A stretch of 20,000 nucleotides of DNA, taken from IMG/VR virus record IMGVR_UViG_3300042451_000642. One strand, given 5' to 3'. This stretch comes from an uncultured virus (IMG/VR IMGVR_UViG_3300042451_000642). Taxonomy: Duplodnaviria > Heunggongvirae > Uroviricota > Caudoviricetes. This document shows positions 1 through 7,574 of this stretch, piece after piece. A program made the position numbers and the translations under genes. Numbering within the stretch: position 1 is the first letter of the stretch; each line of letters begins with the position of its first letter. The notes beneath the pieces are model-generated. The model saw only the letters and a list, made by a program, of their open reading frames with translations. It had not been told where the DNA came from and did not search any database.

Positions 1-2
1 AG

Positions 3-128
3 TGTGAAACTTTAGAACAGGCCGAAAAAAAGATGAAGAATTTAAGATCTTCTGAATCTGAATTTTATCTTTATCGCACAGAATTAAAAGGTAAATCAAT
101 TAAAGAAATCTATTTAATCGGTAACTAA
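3..128 (+). CDS. 3' end of a hypothetical protein (truncated by window start)
   Basis: Open frame CETLEQAEKKMKNLRSSESEFYLYRTELKGKSIKEIYLIGN* ending in TAA at 126-128, 5 nt before the next ATG. Confidence 0.6.
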   Translation, partial: CETLEQAEKKMKNLRSSESEFYLYRTELKGKSIKEIYLIGN

Positions 129-133
129 CTCAT

Positions 134-469
134 ATGATTAAAGCGTTTAAATTTTTTACTGGTAATGAAGAGGACGAAGATTATCCAATCGAAGATATGG
201 ATATCGAAACCTTAGATGATGATAGTCCTTCTTGGTCATGGACATGTATGTTACCATTAGATGGTTACACATACGATATTGTCGAAACCCAAAGCAATGG
301 GATACATGAATTCTTAAGTAGATTCCCAAACAGATTTTGTGTTCCTGTGTTATCGATAACCGGACCAAACGGAAGATTTCATGATACTAACACACAATAT
401 GATGATGGTTGGGGATTTGATATCACATCCGATTTACTTACAATAAGATTTTTAAGATTTGAATCTTAG
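134..469 (+). CDS. Hypothetical acidic protein with FKFFxG N-terminal leader
   Basis: 111-aa ORF starting MIKAFKFFTG; tight operon packing. Confidence 0.8.
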   Translation: MIKAFKFFTGNEEDEDYPIEDMDIETLDDDSPSWSWTCMLPLDGYTYDIVETQSNGIHEFLSRFPNRFCVPVLSITGPNGRFHDTNTQYDDGWGFDITSDLLTIRFLRFES

Positions 470-493
470 TTTCTTAAAAATAATAGTAATATT

Positions 494-525
494 TTTGGAT
501 ATTCAAAATATAATTCGTATATTTG
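494..525 (+). promoter_or_regulatory. Bacteroidota-type housekeeping promoter (-33 TTTG / -7 TAnnTTTG), probably giving a leaderless mRNA
   Basis: TTTG 494-497, 20-nt spacer, TATATTTG 518-525, ATG 4 nt downstream. Confidence 0.75.
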
Positions 526-529
526 TGGT

Positions 530-955
530 ATGAATACATCAATATTGACCTTTTTATTATCAATGTCACCATTGGTTATAAAAACTGCAGAAGCTCCAAG
601 TAGATTTAATTATCCGATAAAGATAACTAAATCAATTAGTTATGAGACAGTTACCCTTACAACCTATTCTGCAAGCGTAGGAGAAACTGACTCAACTCCT
701 CACATAACAGCATCGGGATTTAAGATTGATACTGCTAATCCAAAAAAACACAGAATCATTGCGGTTTCAAGGGATTTAAAAAAGAAATGGCCGTTTGGTA
801 CTAAGGTTAGAATTAAAAGTGCGGGAAAATATAACGGAGTTTATACCGTTAAAGATGTAATGAACAAAAGGTATAAGAATAGAGTAGATATATTAATTGG
901 TGAGGATGATAGACAAACCACCATGAACAACGTAAGAATTACTAAAATTAAATAA
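530..955 (+). CDS. 3D (Asp-Asp-Asp) domain / RlpA-MltA-like double-psi barrel protein, putative peptidoglycan-acting
   Basis: Motifs TTYS..ETDSTPHITASG, IAVSRDL, FGTKVRI, YTVKDVMNKRYKNRVDIL; hydrophobic N-terminus. Confidence 0.8.
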   Translation: MNTSILTFLLSMSPLVIKTAEAPSRFNYPIKITKSISYETVTLTTYSASVGETDSTPHITASGFKIDTANPKKHRIIAVSRDLKKKWPFGTKVRIKSAGKYNGVYTVKDVMNKRYKNRVDILIGEDDRQTTMNNVRITKIK

Positions 956-956
956 A

Positions 957-1403
957 ATGACTCCTGATTTCACAGTTAGACCATCCCAATTAATAAACAT
1001 TCTTTGGGTATTTATTGGTGGATTTGCAGTATCTGCCGCAGTATCAACAGAATTTTATTGGATTGCACTTGTTGCACTAATACCAATCTATAAGATTTTA
1101 GATTATGCATGTTGGACCTACGATATCTATGACGACCGTATTGTAGAAAGTCGTGGTGTATTTTCTGTTACCACAAGAGAAGTGTATTTCCATAGAATTA
1201 AATCTGTAATGATGGAAAGACCTTTTTGGATGAGAATTCTTGGTGTTGGTAGTATCATGGTTAGAAGTTCTGACCAGTTTACCAGTTACTTTGTAATCTA
1301 TGGTATCGATGACGTTGAGGAATTTGAAGAAGATTTCCAAGATGTTATTCAAGATAAAAGAAAGGAAAATGGAATGAAAGAACATGAAATATTTCAAATG
1401 TAA
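957..1403 (+). CDS. Membrane protein with bacterial PH (bPH_2, YdbS-like) domain
   Basis: Two N-terminal TM segments, then YDIYDDRIVESRGVFSVTTREVYFHRIKSV...RILGVGSI. Confidence 0.8.
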   Translation: MTPDFTVRPSQLINILWVFIGGFAVSAAVSTEFYWIALVALIPIYKILDYACWTYDIYDDRIVESRGVFSVTTREVYFHRIKSVMMERPFWMRILGVGSIMVRSSDQFTSYFVIYGIDDVEEFEEDFQDVIQDKRKENGMKEHEIFQM

Positions 1404-1420
1404 AATATAAAACAATTAAT

Positions 1421-1525
1421 ATGAACAAGTTAATAATTAAATTTAAAAAAATCCTACAAGAAATATTGTTGGGGTTTAAAATTGCTGAAGAGAATAAACA
1501 TAAATCCCAATGGGGTAAGTTTTAA
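1421..1525 (+). CDS. Small hypothetical protein (34 aa, not in ORF track)
   Basis: MNKLIIKFKKILQEILLGFKIAEENKHKSQWGKF*; fills the gap between neighbours and has an A-rich upstream region. Confidence 0.55.
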   Translation: MNKLIIKFKKILQEILLGFKIAEENKHKSQWGKF

Positions 1526-1538
1526 ATTAAAAAAATGT

Positions 1539-1880
1539 ATGCGAGAATTTAAATTTTTCAGAGGGTATGAAATAAACCCATTTGTTTTTGATGGAGAACA
1601 AATAAATAATAATTTAATACAACCATTAACATGGCCAGGAACAACCACTAATACACCAACATGGATTACTAATCCAGGTTATATTGTTCCACAACCATAT
1701 ACTATAACAACAACACCAGGTACTGGCACATATACGATTCCATTTAGCGGGACAATCAATACCGCAACAGGATTTAGTTTGACGACATCAAATCCAAATG
1801 GAACAACATATACCACAACCGGTATGGGTGGAACTTTAACAACATCGGCAAACACATTTTATAATCAAACGATTAAGTAA
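1539..1880 (+). CDS. Thr/Gly/Pro-rich low-complexity protein with FKFFRGY leader
   Basis: Start revised from 1482 to ATG 1539 (MREFKFFRGY), which matches the neighbours' leader and avoids overlap with the 1421-1525 ORF. Confidence 0.7.
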   Translation: MREFKFFRGYEINPFVFDGEQINNNLIQPLTWPGTTTNTPTWITNPGYIVPQPYTITTTPGTGTYTIPFSGTINTATGFSLTTSNPNGTTYTTTGMGGTLTTSANTFYNQTIK

Positions 1881-2317
1881 TGATTGAGTTCAAATTTTTA
1901 AGGGGTTATGTTGGAACATTAAATGTAATGGATGGAGAAACTTATGCCACCGCATCACTCAATGACGATACACCAGAAGGTCATATGAATAGAAGAATGT
2001 TATATCACACAAATCATAATCTTCTTGATAATGTTAGAAGGGAAATACCAAGAGGTCGGTTTGGCACGCCCGAGAGACATCAAGATATCCTAAGAAGATT
2101 ACAAATGACTAACGATTCAAGAGATTTAAATGATAACCCTATAAGATTATTCCAAACAACATCAGTAACAACAGTTAACCCGAAGTGGTGGATGAAGATA
2201 AAGATGTTTTTTCAAGAGGCTAATTTTAATGGTGAAATCTTAGGTATTATTTTTATTGCTGGTTCATTAACTATTGGTGTAATTCTCGGAATTGCTAAAT
2301 TATTAAATGCATGGTAA
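1880..2317 (+). CDS. Hypothetical protein with FKFLRGY leader and C-terminal TM helix
   Basis: 145 aa; TAATG stop/start overlap; hydrophobic C-terminus ILGIIFIAGSLTIGVILGIA. Confidence 0.8.
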   Translation: MIEFKFLRGYVGTLNVMDGETYATASLNDDTPEGHMNRRMLYHTNHNLLDNVRREIPRGRFGTPERHQDILRRLQMTNDSRDLNDNPIRLFQTTSVTTVNPKWWMKIKMFFQEANFNGEILGIIFIAGSLTIGVILGIAKLLNAW

Positions 2318-2535
2318 GCGAGTTTAAGTTCTTTCAGAAGAACAAGTATAAAGATAGATGTCGATTACAGATTGGTTCCTCATTTATTTTACGTGGATAT
2401 TATTGTACCGTAACAAGAATGTTTGCAAACCATTTTGAATATTGGGTACAAGAAACGGAATTTACCATTGCTATGAGTTATAAAGATTATCTAGCCACAC
2501 CATCGGCTGCAGGTAGACAATTAAATAGTATATGA
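2311..2535 (+). CDS. Hypothetical protein with FKFF leader
   Basis: 74 aa starting MVSEFKFFQK; overlaps both neighbours. Confidence 0.7.
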   Translation: MVSEFKFFQKNKYKDRCRLQIGSSFILRGYYCTVTRMFANHFEYWVQETEFTIAMSYKDYLATPSAAGRQLNSI

Positions 2536-3026
2536 TAAAACCTTTTAAACTACTTAAAGGATACACATATAGTGATGAGTATACATTACCAACACAACAA
2601 AATCCACCATTCAATTTATCACATCGTCATTGGAATTTGTTACCTCAAGATTTGAGAGGTGCGACATTACAAGAAATGGAATGTTATATTCGTGGATGGG
2701 AAGATGCTCGTAGTAATGTTGCTGTAAATCCATATATTGATAGAATAAGACGTAGTTTGTGGAATAGGGGGTTTCTAAGGTGGAGGGGTAGAGTAGGAAT
2801 GAATTATCGTAATGTAAATCCTAACCTACCAATAGACGAAAGTTACCCTGAATATTATAACACAGATGATTTTGTCTTCTCTGACGTGTCCTCAATTATG
2901 TTTGATCCAGTTAGTTCTCAACCATACAAACATATGATGTTTAGACATATTGAGGATGGAGATACGGTGGAAGGTAATAGAATATTTCCCGACCACCCAA
3001 TGTGGAACTTCCCTGATATAATATAA
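2532..3026 (+). CDS. Hypothetical protein with FKLLKGY leader
   Basis: 164 aa; ATGA overlap with the upstream stop. Confidence 0.75.
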   Translation: MIKPFKLLKGYTYSDEYTLPTQQNPPFNLSHRHWNLLPQDLRGATLQEMECYIRGWEDARSNVAVNPYIDRIRRSLWNRGFLRWRGRVGMNYRNVNPNLPIDESYPEYYNTDDFVFSDVSSIMFDPVSSQPYKHMMFRHIEDGDTVEGNRIFPDHPMWNFPDII

Positions 3027-3027
3027 A

Positions 3028-3070
3028 TGACAAAGTCGGAAGTAAAAACGTGACAATCTCGGAAGTTAAA
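3028..3070 (+). repeat. Imperfect tandem direct repeat (23-nt period)
   Basis: TGACAAAGTCGGAAGTAAAA at 3028 and TGACAATCTCGGAAGTTAAA at 3051. Confidence 0.7.
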
Positions 3071-3084
3071 GATAATTATTATTT

Positions 3085-3273
3085 ATGAGAGAAAGAATTA
3101 TAGGACCTTATTTGGTTCAACAACAAATTGTATTAGATCCTGAGGGAGAAGTCATTTTTTATAAAATTGACTCACCATTATTTAATGGGGTAAAATTAAC
3201 GGTTATGTCTGAAAGTGATTTAACTGAGGAAGTAATTGAACAACACTTACGGGTTCTGAATATAATGGTTTGA
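3085..3273 (+). CDS. Hypothetical protein
   Basis: 62-aa ORF; start embedded in TATTTATG. Confidence 0.65.
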   Translation: MRERIIGPYLVQQQIVLDPEGEVIFYKIDSPLFNGVKLTVMSESDLTEEVIEQHLRVLNIMV

Positions 3274-3318
3274 TAATCAAAGTTATGGTTAAAGAGAACT
3301 ATATATTAAAAATTCAAT

Positions 3319-3996
3319 ATGAAAATTCTTTTAATTGCAAAAGGTAGATGTGGATCACATTCATTAATGGATTGGTTAAGTAATGATTTTAATTTGGTAA
3401 AAATATATGAAAATGGGGATGTAGATACTTCAATCTTAAATGACTATATTCTTAAAAGACATCCGTCATTAGATTTGATTACTGATGGATATGATTATGT
3501 TATAAGATTAATTAGAGAAAATACGATACTAACTTCTGAAAGTAATGTGTGGGCACAAGAAAAACAAAAATATCATCCGGTTGACAACGAGAAATATATT
3601 ATAGATGAGGACTTTTTAATAAATAACCATGAAGAAATATGGAATAAAAAAATAGGATATGATGAGTTCAATAATATGATAACTAATATTAATGCGGGTC
3701 TATTGGTTACATATGAAGAAATCTTTATACATGGAACAGGTCAGGAAAAGATAGAGAACTATATGGGATTTAAATCTAATTCAAAATTAAACACTGACGA
3801 TAAAAAAGGTAGATTACATGTAATGGATAAAACATTACACACCACATATGATATTGAATACAAAAAATTCACTGATAAGTTAAAAGAAATGGAAAATTTT
3901 ATTAAAATTAGAAATTTAACGATTGATAAATTAATAAAAGAAAAAGACAAGGTGATTAAAGATTTAGTCTCTTATATACCAAAAAAAATGATTTAG
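3319..3996 (+). CDS. Sulfotransferase-fold (Stf0-like) protein, paralog 1
   Basis: N-terminal strand plus GRCGSHSLMDWL resembling the PAPS 5'-PSB loop; IRLIREN; VTYEEIF; coiled-coil tail. Confidence 0.6.
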   Translation: MKILLIAKGRCGSHSLMDWLSNDFNLVKIYENGDVDTSILNDYILKRHPSLDLITDGYDYVIRLIRENTILTSESNVWAQEKQKYHPVDNEKYIIDEDFLINNHEEIWNKKIGYDEFNNMITNINAGLLVTYEEIFIHGTGQEKIENYMGFKSNSKLNTDDKKGRLHVMDKTLHTTYDIEYKKFTDKLKEMENFIKIRNLTIDKLIKEKDKVIKDLVSYIPKKMI

Positions 3997-4054
3997 ATAA
4001 TTGGGACAATGTTAAGAAATTATTAACGTCCGTCCCGGTTTCGGAGAACTATTT

Positions 4055-4744
4055 ATGAGGATGAAAATACAAGCATTATTTATCTCAGATGTTCATCTGG
4101 GTTCAAAAGGTTCCAACGCAAATGAGGTCCTAAACATTCTCAAACAATACCAACCCGAATATCTATTCTTAGTTGGGGATATAATTGACGGATGGTTACT
4201 GAAAAGGAAGTTCCGTTGGCCCCAATCACATACCAATGTGTTAAGAAAGATATTATCACATTCAAAGAATGGGACAAAGGTAATATACATACCGGGGAAT
4301 CATGATGAATTTCTAAGGGAATATGGTGAATTTTCTTTTGGAAACATTGAAATTCATAATGAGTATATATGGAAAAATACTTTTATTACTCATGGTGATT
4401 TTTATGATGGTGTGGTTAAATTAAAATGGTTAGGTGTTCTTGGTTCAATTGGATATGATATGGCAATATCAATTGATAGAAGACTTAAGAAATTGGGGAT
4501 GAAGAGATCATTATCCAAGTTTTTAAAGGATAAAGTTAAAGAGGCGGTGAAGTTTATAACACAATATGAGGTGGAGTTAACCAGACAAGCCAAGAAACAT
4601 CGATGCACAACCGTGATATCTGGACACATTCATCATCCTGAGGATAGAATGATTGATGGTATAAGATACATGAACTGCGGGGATTGGATTGAAAACAATA
4701 GTTATATAATATACAACAACGATGAATATAAGGTCATTAAATAA
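4055..4744 (+). CDS. Calcineurin-like metallophosphoesterase, UDP-2,3-diacylglucosamine diphosphatase (LpxH-like) family
   Basis: Complete motif set SDVHLG, GDIID, GNHD, HGD, GHIH, NCGDW. Confidence 0.9.
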   Translation: MRMKIQALFISDVHLGSKGSNANEVLNILKQYQPEYLFLVGDIIDGWLLKRKFRWPQSHTNVLRKILSHSKNGTKVIYIPGNHDEFLREYGEFSFGNIEIHNEYIWKNTFITHGDFYDGVVKLKWLGVLGSIGYDMAISIDRRLKKLGMKRSLSKFLKDKVKEAVKFITQYEVELTRQAKKHRCTTVISGHIHHPEDRMIDGIRYMNCGDWIENNSYIIYNNDEYKVIK

Positions 4745-5438
4745 GAGATTAACAATAGTAATCCCGTCAAAGAACGAGGGAGTAATCTTATACAATTGCA
4801 TTCAGTACATATCAAGACAAAACCATATCGATGGGGTAAGAGTAATCATTGCTGATGTATCAGATGATAATGACTCCATACTATGGATTAAGAAAGCGCA
4901 ATTAGAGTTCAAACACTTATTAAAGATTACGGTAATCAAAGGGGGATATCCGGCAGAAGGAAGATTAAATGGAAGTATGTTGGTAACGACTCCGTATATG
5001 TTATTCTTGGATGCGGACATTTTATTAACCAATCCAAAGATTATTGAGGAGTGTTTATCTCATAAGAAGGATTTGGTAACGGTACCATTCCACACAGATT
5101 ATCCTTATAGATGGGTGTTCAGGGTATTTGATACCTTACAATCAATATCTACTTTAATCGGTTCACCATTTGCCATAGGGGGATTTCAACTATGGAAGAC
5201 GGAATCCTATTGGGAAGTTGGGGGATATAACCCACAAGAACTATTCGCCGAGGATTATTCAATATCACAGAAGGTAAAATCGAATAACTTTAAGGTGGTA
5301 AACATAGAAGGAACATATACGTCATCCAGAAGATTTAAATCTAAAGGGGTATTATGGATGTTCAAGATAATGATTAAGAGTTACATAAACAGAAAGAACC
5401 CTGAGTTCTTCAAACATCATCATAACTATTGGAATTAA
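4722..5438 (+). CDS. Glycosyltransferase family 2
   Basis: LTIVIPSKNE, IIADVSDD, LFLDAD (DxD), GGYN..FAEDY, TSSRRF. Confidence 0.9.
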   Translation: MNIRSLNKRLTIVIPSKNEGVILYNCIQYISRQNHIDGVRVIIADVSDDNDSILWIKKAQLEFKHLLKITVIKGGYPAEGRLNGSMLVTTPYMLFLDADILLTNPKIIEECLSHKKDLVTVPFHTDYPYRWVFRVFDTLQSISTLIGSPFAIGGFQLWKTESYWEVGGYNPQELFAEDYSISQKVKSNNFKVVNIEGTYTSSRRFKSKGVLWMFKIMIKSYINRKNPEFFKHHHNYWN

Positions 5439-5439
5439 T

Positions 5440-5535
5440 ATGGGAACAATATTTCCGGTCATAATATCATTTACAATTGTAATAGGATTGACTATATTTT
5501 TAATGATAATTGACTACATCACAAAAAAAAGATAA
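5440..5535 (+). CDS. Single-pass membrane micro-protein (31 aa, not in ORF track)
   Basis: MGTIFPVIISFTIVIGLTIFLMIIDYITKKR*; TM segment plus basic tail; fills the intergenic gap. Confidence 0.6.
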   Translation: MGTIFPVIISFTIVIGLTIFLMIIDYITKKR

Positions 5536-5545
5536 AAAAAATTAT

Positions 5546-6283
5546 ATGAAAATTTTAGTAATTGCAAGGGGAAGATGTGGTTCACATTCATTAATAGATT
5601 GGTTAGGAGAGGAATTTGACTTAAAAACCATCTACGAAAATGAAGATACGGACACTTCCAATCTTAAAAACTATTGTATTAAAAGATTTCCGACACCAGA
5701 TTTAGTCACTGAGGGATACGATTACATTATAAGATTGATTAGGGAAAATACAATACTAACCGCTGAGAGTGATGTGTGGGCACGAGAAAAACAAAAATAT
5801 CACCCGATGGGTCGGGAAAAATATATCATAGATGAATCCTTTTTGAGAAAAAATCACAATGAAATATGGAATAAAAAAATTGGTTACGATGAATCCAATG
5901 ATTTAATAACGAATATGCCTGTGGGTATATTAGTTACTTATGAAGAATTATTTTTACGTGGAACGGGTCAGGAAAAGATAGAGAAGTATATAGGTTTTAA
6001 ATCTATCACAAAATTAGATACCGACCTTAAGAAAGGTAGATTTCACATAATGGATAAAACGGCATTTATCACATATGATTTAGCATATAATAAAACCACC
6101 ATTTTAGAAAAAATTGTTAAAGAAAAAGATTTAATTATTGATAATCTAAACGAAAAGATTAAAAATTTGTCAAATCCTCAAGAAATATCTAAAGAAAAAG
6201 ATTTAATTATTGATAATCTAAACGAAAAGATTAAAAATCTTAACGAAACAATTGTAGATTTGGTATCATCAAAAAAGAGATAA
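5546..6283 (+). CDS. Sulfotransferase-fold protein, paralog 2 (close copy of 3319-3996)
   Basis: Start revised to ATG 5546 (MKILVIARGRCGSHSLIDWL) by alignment with paralog 1. Confidence 0.65.
   Translation: MKILVIARGRCGSHSLIDWLGEEFDLKTIYENEDTDTSNLKNYCIKRFPTPDLVTEGYDYIIRLIRENTILTAESDVWAREKQKYHPMGREKYIIDESFLRKNHNEIWNKKIGYDESNDLITNMPVGILVTYEELFLRGTGQEKIEKYIGFKSITKLDTDLKKGRFHIMDKTAFITYDLAYNKTTILEKIVKEKDLIIDNLNEKIKNLSNPQEISKEKDLIIDNLNEKIKNLNETIVDLVSSKKR
6118..6238 (+). repeat. Exact 49-bp intragenic direct repeat (72-nt period)
   Basis: 6118-6166 equals 6190-6238; KEKDLIIDNLNEKIKNL appears twice in the protein. Confidence 0.9.
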
Positions 6284-6606
6284 TGATTAAAAGAAAGAAA
6301 CCCTTTGCAAAGATTGTAAAGGAATGGAATGAGGCATCCACCATGGAAGTATGGGAAGGTGTAAGGGATAACTTTATATTTGGATTCCTTGGTGCAACGA
6401 TTGTTGTATTCATTGCCACCCGAGCGGACCTTATGGTTCTATTCGGGTATCTGACTTACTACTTTTTCATGGGAAGGATTGTTAATAGACCCAAATACGT
6501 TACAGACTTAGGTAAACTAATTGTATTCCCCATCCCATCAGCTTTGGGAGCCTTTGCTGGGTATAAGTTCTCATATATTATTCAAGAGTTAATCCAACGT
6601 GTATGA
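6283..6606 (+). CDS. Hypothetical membrane protein
   Basis: 107 aa with about three hydrophobic segments. Confidence 0.8.
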   Translation: MIKRKKPFAKIVKEWNEASTMEVWEGVRDNFIFGFLGATIVVFIATRADLMVLFGYLTYYFFMGRIVNRPKYVTDLGKLIVFPIPSALGAFAGYKFSYIIQELIQRV

Positions 6607-7184
6607 AGATATGTATAATATCATCCATAGGTAGATCTGGAACAACCTCACTATTTGATATGATGAGTTTGTGTCTACCAAGATACTACACATGTTTAAA
6701 TGAACCATTCGGTCGATTTCAAAAAGGGCATGAGATGAATCTTATTGAAAACGCCCCCAATGTTCTTGTAAAGGAGTTATTAAATAATACGGTTAACCAT
6801 AAGGTTTTCCCATATGATTGGATGTACCAGACCTTTGATAAGGTTATTGTGATGGATAGAAGGAATAAGTGGGAACAGGCGGAGAGTCACGCAGCACATT
6901 CATATAAAGGGGATAACTATAAAAGTTGGCACAATAGAAGGGAATACGACTTAACAAACATACCCACGGAGTATATTAAGGCATTAGCAGACCAATCGGA
7001 GGATTTAATGCAATATCATAGGGGTATGATTTACTATTACGAGGATGTGTTTATGGAACATAACTTGGATTTGTTGATGGAGATTATGAATTCCGTGGGA
7101 ATAACAGAGATACCCAATCAAATACTAAAGGATTATTTCTATAGTCCCAAGAAGAAGGTAAGGATAGTAAAGACCCTAATTTAA
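6603..7184 (+). CDS. Sulfotransferase-fold protein, distant paralog 3
   Basis: GRSGTTSL PSB-like loop, LNEPF, VIVMDRRN..EQAES, YYEDVF. Confidence 0.65.
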   Translation: MKICIISSIGRSGTTSLFDMMSLCLPRYYTCLNEPFGRFQKGHEMNLIENAPNVLVKELLNNTVNHKVFPYDWMYQTFDKVIVMDRRNKWEQAESHAAHSYKGDNYKSWHNRREYDLTNIPTEYIKALADQSEDLMQYHRGMIYYYEDVFMEHNLDLLMEIMNSVGITEIPNQILKDYFYSPKKKVRIVKTLI

Positions 7185-7240
7185 GAGTGTCCAATTTAAA
7201 ATATAACTGCGAACGGGGATTCCGGAGAACAGAAAATATA

Positions 7241-7272
7241 TTTGGAATATACTAGAATATCTTATATCTTTG
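7241..7272 (+). promoter_or_regulatory. Bacteroidota-type promoter, probably leaderless
   Basis: TTTG 7241-7244, 20 nt, TATCTTTG 7265-7272, ATG at 7277. Confidence 0.75.
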
Positions 7273-7276
7273 TGGT

Positions 7277-7537
7277 ATGAGAAGAAAGAAACCATATATG
7301 GATGATATCCATAAGACCACGCCCGTAACCATCACCTATAAGTTCTATAATGATACGGTGATAATGAAGAGAGATGTATATGATTTAACAATCAGGGACC
7401 TAATGGAACTAAATCGGTCCATGGTGGTGAATGTCTTTGATGAACAACTCTATCAGGAGTATATTATCCAATTAGCAGGGGAGTTAACAAAGAAAAAGAA
7501 TCCAATTAAGAACTTTATAGATAGAATACTAAGATAA
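7277..7537 (+). CDS. Hypothetical protein
   Basis: 86-aa ORF directly behind a promoter. Confidence 0.75.
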   Translation: MRRKKPYMDDIHKTTPVTITYKFYNDTVIMKRDVYDLTIRDLMELNRSMVVNVFDEQLYQEYIIQLAGELTKKKNPIKNFIDRILR

Positions 7538-7538
7538 A

Positions 7539-7570
7539 TTTGGAATATACGGAATAATATGTTATATTTG
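7539..7570 (+). promoter_or_regulatory. Bacteroidota-type promoter, probably leaderless
   Basis: TTTG 7539-7542, 20 nt, TATATTTG 7563-7570, ATG at 7575. Confidence 0.75.
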
Positions 7571-7574
7571 TGTT

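Noticed and set aside
4055..4744. Assigning the gene symbol lpxH
   Set aside because: The motifs support the family, but the pairing with a GT2 and the phage context do not establish lipid A biosynthetic function
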